Source: Promethearchaeum syntrophicum (GTDB lineage: Archaea; Asgardarchaeota; Lokiarchaeia; Sigyniarchaeales; Promethearchaeaceae). From it: a DNA stretch of 32,000 bases. The notes below the pieces were generated by a model, which saw only the letters and a program-made list of their open reading frames with translations, was not told the origin of the DNA and did not search any database. The translations under genes and the position numbers were made by a program. The stretch's first letter is position 1. Every line of letters begins with the position of its first letter. Below are positions 16,586 to 25,279 of this stretch, piece by piece. Location: positions 3,120,001 through 3,152,000 of the forward strand of contig NZ_CP042905.2 in the NCBI RefSeq assembly GCF_008000775.2, written 5' to 3'.

Positions 16586-18391
16586 ATGGTTCAAAACATT
16601 AAAAGACTTACTGTTGGAATGAATTCTTGCGGAATCGCAAACGGTGCAGAAGATTTATATAATATATTGTCTCAAAAAATAGAAGAAAGTAATCTTAAAG
16701 TTCCACTTATACAAGTTGGATGTATCGGAATGTGCTATCATGAACCACTTATCGACGTAATTACTGAAGATACGATTTATACTTATGGGGATGTAACTGA
16801 AAAAAAACTAGATAGGATTTTTGAAGATCATATACTAAATGGAAATATTATAGAAGATTGGATAGTAAAGAAAGACTCCTTTAAAGAAAATATTTTTGCG
16901 ATTGAAAATCGAACTACTTGGGATATTGATAATTTCTTCAAGAAACAAAAAAAAATTGTCTTAGAAAACTCCGGCTATATCAATGCAGAAAGTATTAAAG
17001 AATATATTGAATCAGGGGGATATCAGGCTTTAAAAAAAACCCTTCAAATGAATCCTGAAGAAGTAATAGATGAAGTTTCAAAATCGGGATTAAGAGGACG
17101 TGGTGGAGCAGGATTTTCAACTGGATTGAAATGGAAATTTACTCGAAAAGAGGATTCTAAAATAAAATATGTTATATGTAATGCAGATGAGGGCGATCCA
17201 GGAGCATTTATGGACAGAAATGTTATGGAAGGTGATCCTCATAGAGTAATTGAAGGAATGATAATTTGCGCTTACGCAATAGGTGCCCCTGAAGGTTTGG
17301 TTTACATTAGAGCAGAATATCCGTTAGCAATAAAAAGATTAAAAATTGCGCTTAAATCCGCTCATGAAAATGGATATCTTGGAGACAACATCCTAAATTC
17401 GGGTTTCTCATTTGATATTACAATAAAAGAGGGCGCAGGAGCTTTTGTTTGTGGAGAGGAAACTGCTATGATTCATTCAATTGAGGGGGATAGAGGAATG
17501 CCTACTTCAAAACCACCATTTCCGGCTCAAAAGGGAGTTTGGGCATATCCTACGAATATAAATAATGTGGAAACTCTCGCAAATGTTTCTTGGATTATCA
17601 GAAAGGGATCTCAAGCTTTTGCAGATATTGGAGTTGGTAAAAGTAAAGGCTCAAAAGTTTTCGCACTAGCGGGAAAGATTAAAAGAGGGGGGAACGTAGA
17701 AGTTCCAATGGGAATAACATTAAAAGAAATTTTGATTGATATTGGTGGGGGGACGAAATCAGGAAGTGATGTAAAAGCAATTCAGCTAGGAGGCCCATCT
17801 GGAGGATGCATTCCGGGTTCACTGCTCAATCTCAAAGTTACTTACGAAGATATTGCTGCAACAGGTGCAATCGTGGGGAGTGGAGGAATGATAGTAATGG
17901 ATGAAAGCACATGCATGGTAGATATTACTAAATTTTTCTTAGATTTTACTGTTAAAGAGTCTTGTGGAAAATGTGTGTTCTGTAGAATAGGTACAAAAAG
18001 AATGTTAGAAATACTACAAAAAATCACAGATGGAAATGGCACTTTAGATGACTTAGATAATCTATTAGATTTATCTGAAAAAATTAAGAAAGGGTCACTT
18101 TGTGGTCTTGGAAAAACTGCACCTAATCCAGTTTTAACGACATTAAAATATTTTACAGATGAATTTAAAGAACATATTGAGAACCATAAATGCAGAGCGG
18201 GTATTTGCAAACCATTAATTCACTATGAAATTACTGACGACTGTATCGGGTGCACTTTATGTGCCAAAAAGTGCCCCGTTCAGGCAATAGAGGGAGAAGC
18301 GAAAGAAAAACACTTCATTATTCAAGAAAAATGTTCCAAATGTGGAACTTGTTATAGTATTTGTCCTTCAAAGGCAATTAACATTATCTAA
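16586..18391 (+). CDS. NuoF/HndC/HydB-like NAD(P)H- and FMN-binding subunit with an N-terminal thioredoxin-like domain and a C-terminal 2x[4Fe-4S] ferredoxin domain
   Basis: GLRGRGGAGFSTGLKWKF (FMN site), VICNADEGDPGAFMDR, ESCGKCVFCRIG...CGLG (N3-type 4Fe-4S), and C-terminal CIGCTLCAKKCP / CSKCGTCYSICP. SD GGAG lies 8 nt upstream. The start abuts the nuoE-like stop. Confidence 0.9.
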   Translation: MVQNIKRLTVGMNSCGIANGAEDLYNILSQKIEESNLKVPLIQVGCIGMCYHEPLIDVITEDTIYTYGDVTEKKLDRIFEDHILNGNIIEDWIVKKDSFKENIFAIENRTTWDIDNFFKKQKKIVLENSGYINAESIKEYIESGGYQALKKTLQMNPEEVIDEVSKSGLRGRGGAGFSTGLKWKFTRKEDSKIKYVICNADEGDPGAFMDRNVMEGDPHRVIEGMIICAYAIGAPEGLVYIRAEYPLAIKRLKIALKSAHENGYLGDNILNSGFSFDITIKEGAGAFVCGEETAMIHSIEGDRGMPTSKPPFPAQKGVWAYPTNINNVETLANVSWIIRKGSQAFADIGVGKSKGSKVFALAGKIKRGGNVEVPMGITLKEILIDIGGGTKSGSDVKAIQLGGPSGGCIPGSLLNLKVTYEDIAATGAIVGSGGMIVMDESTCMVDITKFFLDFTVKESCGKCVFCRIGTKRMLEILQKITDGNGTLDDLDNLLDLSEKIKKGSLCGLGKTAPNPVLTTLKYFTDEFKEHIENHKCRAGICKPLIHYEITDDCIGCTLCAKKCPVQAIEGEAKEKHFIIQEKCSKCGTCYSICPSKAINII

Positions 18392-18403
18392 GGTGGAAAA
18401 AAA

Positions 18404-21337
18404 ATGAAAATAAAATTGAATGGAAAAGAAACAGAATTACAGAAAAAAGAACCTTTATTTGATTTTCTTAGAAAAACTGACCAACATATTCCAGGAATGT
18501 GCAAACATGTAGGAAACGATCCCTTTGGATCATGTAGATTATGCTTAGTAGAAGTGAACAATAAGATTATACCATCATGTTCTTACTATCCGAATGAGAA
18601 TGATACAGTTAATACCTTAAAAGAAGATGTAATTGATATCCGAAAATCTGGTTTAGAATTAATGCTATCTAATCATATTGGAGATTGTATAGGCCCCTGT
18701 CAAGTTGGATGTCCTGCAGGGGGAGATGTCCAAGGGTATCTTGCTTTAATTGCTAACGGTCATTATCATGAAGCAGTAAAATTAATGAAAGAAAAATATA
18801 TTCTTCCCGCAGTTCTAGGTAGAATTTGCCCTGCTTTCTGTGAAATGGAGTGTAGAAGAAATATTGTTGATGAACCACTTGCAATCCGTCAAATTAAACG
18901 GTTTGCTGCAGATTATGATTTAGAAAACAATCCATGGATGCCTGAGATCCCACCATCAACGGGAAAGAAAATCGCCGTTGTTGGAGGGGGACCTGCAGGA
19001 CTTTCAAATGCATTTTATCTTAGATTAATGGGTCATGATATAACAATATATGAATCTATGCCAGAACTTGGAGGAGTATTAAGATATGGTGTTCCTGAAT
19101 ATCGATTACCAAAAAAATTAGTCGCAAAAGATATCGCCACAGTTATCAACACCGGAATTTCTGTAAAAAATAATTGCACTATAGGAGTTGATGTCACTCT
19201 TGATCAATTAAAGCAAGATTATGATGCAATTTTTCTATCTATTGGAGCTTGGAAAAGTAGGCTAATGAAGATTGAGGGAAATAACCTCCCAGGCGTAATG
19301 CAAGGTATAAATTTTCTTAAGAAATTGAACTTGGGCGAGAAAATCGATATTGGAAAGGAAGTTGTAGTTGTAGGTGGCGGTCATAGTGCTATGGATGTTG
19401 CAAGATCAGTTAAAAGAATGGGTTCCAACGTGACTGTTGTATATAGACGATCAAGTGAAGAAATGCCCGCTAAAGATGAATTGGAAGAAGGGGAAGAAGA
19501 AGGCGTAAATTTTATATTTTTAGCGAATCCCGTGAAAATAATTGGCAAAGAAAAAATCGAAAGCATTGAACTTATTAAGATGAAATTAGGAGAACCGGAT
19601 GAAAGTGGTAGGAGAAGACCGATTCCAATTGAAGGCTCAAACTATACGATAAATATAGATAATTGTATATTATCTATTGGACAAATATCTGATGAAGATA
19701 TCATTCAAAAATTTGGATTAGAATACAAATGGGGAAAAATCAATTATAATCCCCTTACATTTGAAACGGATTCACCAGGAGTTTTTGGTGGTGGTGATCT
19801 TGTTTTAGGCACTTCATCAGTAATAGAATGCATAGCAACGGGAAGAAAAGCAGCAGATATGATGGATAAATATTTAAATGGAAGTCTTGAGAAAACCATA
19901 ACTCTTCTTACTCATCCTAATAGACATATTGAAGAAATCTTGTCAGATTCAAAATTGAGAAATATTTTCTTTAGAAATTCACAATATAATCATTGGAAAG
20001 ATGTTGATGAAGAAGATTACAAAGATGTTGAAAAATTAGAGAGAATGAAAGTTAATTTACGAGATCCTAAAGAAAGAAACAGAGATTATAATGAAGTTGA
20101 ACCAACTTTCAATGAGAACCAAGTTGTAAATGAAGCTAAACGTTGTATGACTTGTGGGTGCTTAGATGCTTTTGAATGTAAATTAAGAGATTATTCAACT
20201 ATTTATCAAGCGAAACAAGACACATATAAAGGAGAAGTAAATAAATCTGAAATTGATGATTCTCATCCAAATATCCATTATGATAAGAATAAATGCATAT
20301 TGTGTGGAAGATGCGTTGAATTAACAAATGAATTGACGGGAGAGGGCTTAATTTACTTTCAAAACCGTGGATTTACTACTGAAATTTCTACACCTCCTGA
20401 AGTTTCATTTAATAAAGTGAATAGTCATTTCATCGGGAACTTTGTAGATGTATGCCCAACTGGAGCTTTTAGTGAAAATTTGAAATTTAATAAACCGGGT
20501 CCATGGGAATTAGAAGAACATACAACAATTTGTAATGAATGTGGTTTTGGCTGTCAAATGAAAGTAAAAACATACATGAATGTCCCAATAACAGTAACTT
20601 CAGGGGATGAATTCTGGAATAGGGAACTTCTTTGTGATAATCCGCGATTTAATCGTAAATGGGAACATAAAATTAAAAAACCTTTACTAAAGCAAAATGA
20701 TAAATTTTTAGAAATTACAGATGAAGAAGCAAAAAATATTCTCAATGAACATCTGGAAAACCTAGTTATTGTTTTAACACCTGATATATTAAACGAGGAA
20801 GCTTCTAAAATAATTGAAATAGGTAAAGGATTAAATGTTGAAATTGTTGGGTTATATAAAAAGGGTATTTCTAATATTAAATATACAGAAATAAAGAATT
20901 TTAAAAGAATTAAGGTAGATTGTGATGGGGATAAATATCCAATGCTTAAACCTCTCCTATTTGCAGCAAAAAAGACTGGTTCAATAATAACTAACGAAAA
21001 TTATGATTTAGTCATTACTGAAAAACCATTCAATAATAACAACATTCCAAGTTTAATATTGCACGAAGGCATTAATGAAGTTGGCTTACTTAAATTGGGA
21101 ATTTCTAACGAGATTCCAAAATCTTCAAATTATTTAATCATTGGAGATATTGATAAGAAATTTGATGGATTTACTATAAATTTAGGAAAAAATGAACATG
21201 CCGATTTAATTTTACCGAAATCATCATGGATAGAACGCGATGGAACCATTTATAATTCAGAAGAAACTAAAATGAAAGTTAACAGAATAAATTTGGGTAA
21301 AAATCTGGATGAGATTTTAATTTCATATTTAAAATAA
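18404..21337 (+). CDS. 977-aa fusion protein: plant-type 2Fe-2S domain, then a GltD/NfnB-like Fe-S plus FAD/NAD(P)H module, then NuoG/HydA-like Fe-S domains, then a 4Fe-4S molybdopterin-type domain with a short non-catalytic remnant
   Basis: CKHVGNDPFGSCRLCLVEV...PSC (2Fe-2S). GDCIGPCQVGCPAGG...LGRICPAFCEMECRR (GltD N-terminal Fe-S). KKIAVVGGGPAGLSNAFYL, VVVVGGGHSAMDVARS and GVFGGGDL (two dinucleotide folds). HPNIHYDKNKCILCGRCV and VDVCPTGA (NuoG-like). CNECGFGCQMKV (Mo/W bis-PGD-type 4Fe-4S). The remaining ~250 aa are too short for a catalytic molybdopterin domain. SD AAGGTGGA lies 6 nt upstream. Confidence 0.85.
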   Translation: MKIKLNGKETELQKKEPLFDFLRKTDQHIPGMCKHVGNDPFGSCRLCLVEVNNKIIPSCSYYPNENDTVNTLKEDVIDIRKSGLELMLSNHIGDCIGPCQVGCPAGGDVQGYLALIANGHYHEAVKLMKEKYILPAVLGRICPAFCEMECRRNIVDEPLAIRQIKRFAADYDLENNPWMPEIPPSTGKKIAVVGGGPAGLSNAFYLRLMGHDITIYESMPELGGVLRYGVPEYRLPKKLVAKDIATVINTGISVKNNCTIGVDVTLDQLKQDYDAIFLSIGAWKSRLMKIEGNNLPGVMQGINFLKKLNLGEKIDIGKEVVVVGGGHSAMDVARSVKRMGSNVTVVYRRSSEEMPAKDELEEGEEEGVNFIFLANPVKIIGKEKIESIELIKMKLGEPDESGRRRPIPIEGSNYTINIDNCILSIGQISDEDIIQKFGLEYKWGKINYNPLTFETDSPGVFGGGDLVLGTSSVIECIATGRKAADMMDKYLNGSLEKTITLLTHPNRHIEEILSDSKLRNIFFRNSQYNHWKDVDEEDYKDVEKLERMKVNLRDPKERNRDYNEVEPTFNENQVVNEAKRCMTCGCLDAFECKLRDYSTIYQAKQDTYKGEVNKSEIDDSHPNIHYDKNKCILCGRCVELTNELTGEGLIYFQNRGFTTEISTPPEVSFNKVNSHFIGNFVDVCPTGAFSENLKFNKPGPWELEEHTTICNECGFGCQMKVKTYMNVPITVTSGDEFWNRELLCDNPRFNRKWEHKIKKPLLKQNDKFLEITDEEAKNILNEHLENLVIVLTPDILNEEASKIIEIGKGLNVEIVGLYKKGISNIKYTEIKNFKRIKVDCDGDKYPMLKPLLFAAKKTGSIITNENYDLVITEKPFNNNNIPSLILHEGINEVGLLKLGISNEIPKSSNYLIIGDIDKKFDGFTINLGKNEHADLILPKSSWIERDGTIYNSEETKMKVNRINLGKNLDEILISYLK

Positions 21338-21339
21338 TC

Positions 21340-21370
21340 ACCCTATTATTTTTCAAAGACACAATAGGGT
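21340..21370 (+). terminator. Stem-loop (8-bp stem, 15-nt loop) followed by T-rich sequence, just after the 977-aa gene
   Basis: ACCCTATT (21340-21347) pairs with AATAGGGT (21363-21370). T-rich runs (atatttttatatttttttttatttattt) follow downstream. Confidence 0.3.
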
Positions 21371-21447
21371 TAAAATTCAATATTTTTATATTTTTTTTTA
21401 TTTATTTCAATCTTAAATCTTTTAATGGAGCTTAACATTCATAACTC

Positions 21448-22137
21448 ATGTCTAGAAATGAAGTGTCAAAGACAAAGAAATTTAGTCTCCCACAGATAAT
21501 TTTCATTTCTTTGATGGCTACAGCTAATGTGGGTTTTGATCTTTTGGTAAGCCCCGGTTTTATTGCTTTAACAACTCATATTGTAGCGGGGTTGCTAATA
21601 ATGGTCCCGATTAATTTTCTTTTTATTGCACTTACGAAAAACACTGTTGATAAGTTTGGGACAATAACCATTTATATGATCGTTTTCGGTGCAATTTCAT
21701 CACCGTTACCTTTTTGGGGCGGAACTGCAGGCATTTTTAAGTTGATTTTAGGATTGATTATTGGAGTTCTTTTAGATTGTGTTTTTCATTTTAAAAAAAT
21801 TGCTTTAAAAATTGTAATGGGAGCTATTCTTGGATCAATTATTTGGTGGCTACCGACTTTTATTATATGGAAATTATGGAATTTATCAATTGTTGAAGCA
21901 ATGAGTAACATGTTAAAAGCAGGAACTCAACAATTTTCTATGGGAAATGGATGGATCGATTTGTCTGGAATTTTGGAATTACCAATAACCGAGTTGAATT
22001 ATGAATTAGTCAAATTTGCAATTATTTGCGGCGTGATTTCTTCGATCCCGGTCTTTTTTGCGTGTATAATTGGATACCAAATGTTCCTACAAATTAAAAA
22101 AACATCAATATATGAAAGATTTACAAATTATCAATAA
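21448..22137 (+). CDS. Polytopic membrane protein, candidate substrate-capture (S) component of the adjacent ECF transporter
   Basis: The 229-aa protein has about 6 hydrophobic helices and lies immediately upstream of EcfA/EcfT-like genes. No specific S-component family recognised, so the substrate is unknown. Confidence 0.5.
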   Translation: MSRNEVSKTKKFSLPQIIFISLMATANVGFDLLVSPGFIALTTHIVAGLLIMVPINFLFIALTKNTVDKFGTITIYMIVFGAISSPLPFWGGTAGIFKLILGLIIGVLLDCVFHFKKIALKIVMGAILGSIIWWLPTFIIWKLWNLSIVEAMSNMLKAGTQQFSMGNGWIDLSGILELPITELNYELVKFAIICGVISSIPVFFACIIGYQMFLQIKKTSIYERFTNYQ

Positions 22138-22154
22138 AAAGTAGTGAAAATTGA

Positions 22155-22886
22155 ATGAATGAAAAAGATTATAATCCAATTATAGAAATTGAAAATCTTT
22201 CATTTGCCTATAAGAATGACTGTTGGATAATAAAAGAAGCAAATTTTACAGTAAATAAAGGCGAAATTCTTGGAATTGCAGGTCCTTCAGGAATTGGAAA
22301 AACAACTTTATGTTACATATTAAAAGGAATTATCCCACATTCAATTCGAGGAAATTTAGAAGGTAATATTACAATTAATGGCTTAAACATCAAAAAACTG
22401 AACATTTCAAAAATTGCCCGTTCAGTAGGAATGGTATTTCAAAATTTAAATGCTCAATTGTTTAGTAATACGGTTAAAGAAGAGATTGAATTTGGGTTAA
22501 AAAATCTAAAAATGGATCATTCTTTGGCAATTCCAGCCATGAAGAAATTTAAGATTGAAGATCTATCAAATAAATCACCTATAAATTTATCAGCAGGGCA
22601 AAAACAAAGAGTAATTTTAGCTTCTATTCTGGCTTTAAAACCAAAAATCTTAATTTTAGATGAACCAGCGGTTTATTTAGATCCTCCGAATAAAATACGA
22701 CTAAAAGAATGGTTAATAGAACAAAATCAAAAATTTGATACAACAATTCTAATTGCAAGTAATAATCCTTGGTTAATTGGTGAAATATGTGATGAAATTT
22801 TATTTTTTAGAAATAAAACAATAGAAAAAATGCATAAATCTGTAGTTATGAAGGAAGAAACAAGCTGGAGATGGACATATACATGA
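22155..22886 (+). CDS. ecfA: ABC ATPase of the ECF/CbiO type (energy-coupling factor A component)
   Basis: Walker A GPSGIGKTT, Q-loop VFQN, signature LSAGQKQRV, Walker B ILILDEP. Its size (243 aa) and neighbours fit the EcfA/CbiO family. Confidence 0.9.
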   Translation: MNEKDYNPIIEIENLSFAYKNDCWIIKEANFTVNKGEILGIAGPSGIGKTTLCYILKGIIPHSIRGNLEGNITINGLNIKKLNISKIARSVGMVFQNLNAQLFSNTVKEEIEFGLKNLKMDHSLAIPAMKKFKIEDLSNKSPINLSAGQKQRVILASILALKPKILILDEPAVYLDPPNKIRLKEWLIEQNQKFDTTILIASNNPWLIGEICDEILFFRNKTIEKMHKSVVMKEETSWRWTYT

Positions 22887-23467
22887 AGAAAGAATATAGA
22901 TATAAGTATGGAATCCATCCAGCTATAAAGTTAACAATATTAATTATATTCAACATTTCCACCTTCCATCCACTGTTTTATGATTACCGTTGGGGATTTT
23001 TAATTTTTGAAATCTTATTAGCAGTAATGATTCGATTAAATTTCCAGAAATTGAAAGGATATATTAAATTCTTGGTTATTAATTTCCTTGGGTTTTATTT
23101 TTTATTCTATTTTATTGATTTTTCTTGGATCCAAGCACTATTACATCTTTTTGATTACTTCTTAACCATTTCCATAATTTCCCTCCAAACTTTTATCTTT
23201 TATTCAACAACGCCGCCCTTTGAATTAATTATCGGACTAAAAACCCTAAAAGTGCCAGGGCACATAGCATTTGCAATCAGTATTGCAATTTCATTCCTTC
23301 CTATCATTTCAAATGAAATTAGTGAAGTATTAGTTATGCAACAATCCCGAGGATATAAATTTAGATTAATTAATCTGAAACCAATTATCATTCCGACGAT
23401 TTTAGGAGTTATTGATTATTCGACAAACCTTGCGATGTCTTTGGAAGCAAGGGGTTTTAAAATTTAA
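22871..23467 (+). CDS. ecfT: ECF transporter transmembrane (T) component, CbiQ/EcfT family, short form
   Basis: Hydrophobic 198-aa protein overlapping ecfA by 16 nt. C-terminal ..NLAMSLEARGFKI contains the conserved Ala-Arg-Gly coupling motif of EcfT. A second motif-like stretch is EVLVMQQSRGY. Confidence 0.75.
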   Translation: MDIYMKKEYRYKYGIHPAIKLTILIIFNISTFHPLFYDYRWGFLIFEILLAVMIRLNFQKLKGYIKFLVINFLGFYFLFYFIDFSWIQALLHLFDYFLTISIISLQTFIFYSTTPPFELIIGLKTLKVPGHIAFAISIAISFLPIISNEISEVLVMQQSRGYKFRLINLKPIIIPTILGVIDYSTNLAMSLEARGFKI

Positions 23468-23470
23468 TAG

Positions 23471-25132
23471 TTAATTATCAATGATTATCCCACATATAAT
23501 TTCAACCAATTTCTTTAACTCAGTTGAATTTTCATGTTTTAGTAATTTAATTGTATTAGAACTAAAATTAGAAAATGAGAATTTATGCTCTGAATCTAGG
23601 CATTTTATAAGTTCTTGACTTAGGTTCAAATATTTAGTACTATTTTTGGAATTCATTGATTTGAGTTTCTCAAATGCAATATTTGATTTATCTCCATTTC
23701 TTAAAAACTTGGATATTATACAAACAAGACCAAAGGTATAAGCTTTCATTGATTTCTTTCCAATTTCATTTTCTGATTTGGCAGCAATCCAATAATTCTT
23801 TTGAGCAAGATCTAAAAAACTTTTCATAAATTGTGAATCGATTTTGTCTAGTTTCTTAGAATAATAAGCTGCTTCGATAAATAAACTACCTGCAACATAA
23901 TGATTTTCAGATTTTTGTTCAATTTCTGCAAGTTTTTTTAGATATTTGATTAATTCAATATAGATGTTTGCTGGATCTATATCAATATATTTAGTTAAAG
24001 ATTCTGCAGAAATATAATTCAAAATAGCAGTTTTAAAATTTTGTGTTTTTAGAGCATTTTTCCCTGCTAAAATGTACAAATCATGTGATTTATTATATTT
24101 TTTAAGCCCTTCAAACATTTTTGCAGCATCTTCAAAATTTGAAGCAGCATCATTAAATTTTTCAGCTTCCAGATAATAATTCGCTGCAGCATAAAAGCAA
24201 CTAGCACTATCTAAAGAAAATTTCGAAGATTCTTTGTAACAAAGAGCAGCACCACGATAATAGGAAGCAATCTGTGTCAGATCTAGTTGGTTTAATAATC
24301 CTTCTTTTGCTAGTTCAACATAAACTCCTGCTTCTTTACGTGAAAAATGCAAGAATTTTTCTTGATCATTTAGGTTTCCATGAAAATTTTTTATAATTTG
24401 ATATAATTGGGAAAGAAGAATATATTCTTGTTTGGCTTCATTTTCTGTTGCCTCATTGATAAAAAAATCGAGAGCTTTGTAAGTAATATTCTGCGACTCT
24501 TTGGTGTTTTGTAAATCCTCATAGGCCAATTTTAAAATGTTGTATGCATTTGCGATGATAGAATAATCTTTAATTTTCTTACCAATTTCTATAGCAGTTT
24601 CCGCTGAGTTAATAACATTAGGAAAGTCATTAATTTTTTCATACAAAATTGAAAGAGTTTGATACTTACCACACAGTTCTCGAAAATTCCCCCCAACTCT
24701 TAGAATATCGATCTGATTTTGTATTAATTCAATAGCGATCTTAATATATTTTAATTCCTCTTGATGATTTTGTAATTTTTCGATAAAAATATTTGCTATT
24801 TTCAAAGATACATTAGTTGCATCTTGAATAGCACCTTGTTTGATTTTTTTATTTAAACTTAGGACATAATATTCTAAGGCTTTTTTATATATATCTCGAG
24901 ATTCCTTCGAATGATATTCTTCTAGGTAATATGCAGCAATAAATAATCTTCCCGCGGCTTCGTAGTAATCGCCCCTTTCTGCAACTAAATCGGAATATTT
25001 AAAAAGTTCGGATAAAAAATCAAATAATTTTAGATCTTTTCGCTCTGGGGTGGCTTTTTGAATTTCAAAAAGTGCGTTTTTACAAAATTCTATTAATTCT
25101 TCTTGTTCTTCAAAAATGAAATCCTCTTCGAT
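23471..25132 (-). CDS. TPR-like / helical-hairpin repeat protein (about 553 aa if the upstream in-frame repeats are included)
   Basis: The track ORF (23471-24805) starts at TTG, but the frame stays open for 119 further codons (up to the in-frame TAA at 25165-25163); 109 of these lie between the proposed ATC start at 25132 and the TTG at 24805. Those codons carry the same repeat signature as the body. Upstream: GDYYEAAGRLFIAAYYLEE. Body: SCFYAAANYYLEAEKF, IASYYRGAALCYKES, HYVAGSLFIEAAYYSKK. There is no ATG/GTG/TTG in that extension. I place the start provisionally at ATC 25132, behind GGGGGAGGGGG. The exact 5' end is uncertain. Confidence 0.6.
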   Translation of the reverse strand: MEEDFIFEEQEELIEFCKNALFEIQKATPERKDLKLFDFLSELFKYSDLVAERGDYYEAAGRLFIAAYYLEEYHSKESRDIYKKALEYYVLSLNKKIKQGAIQDATNVSLKIANIFIEKLQNHQEELKYIKIAIELIQNQIDILRVGGNFRELCGKYQTLSILYEKINDFPNVINSAETAIEIGKKIKDYSIIANAYNILKLAYEDLQNTKESQNITYKALDFFINEATENEAKQEYILLSQLYQIIKNFHGNLNDQEKFLHFSRKEAGVYVELAKEGLLNQLDLTQIASYYRGAALCYKESSKFSLDSASCFYAAANYYLEAEKFNDAASNFEDAAKMFEGLKKYNKSHDLYILAGKNALKTQNFKTAILNYISAESLTKYIDIDPANIYIELIKYLKKLAEIEQKSENHYVAGSLFIEAAYYSKKLDKIDSQFMKSFLDLAQKNYWIAAKSENEIGKKSMKAYTFGLVCIISKFLRNGDKSNIAFEKLKSMNSKNSTKYLNLSQELIKCLDSEHKFSFSNFSSNTIKLLKHENSTELKKLVEIICGIIIDN

Positions 25133-25279
25133 TTTTCCCCCTCCCCCAGAATTGATACATTCTTAATGGAAACAATATGAACTTCATCAAAAATTTTTGT
25201 ATTTTTTACCACAAATAATACGATAATAAATATTAACAAAAATTTTAATAAGTTGAGTTTCACATAATTAATTAGTAAA

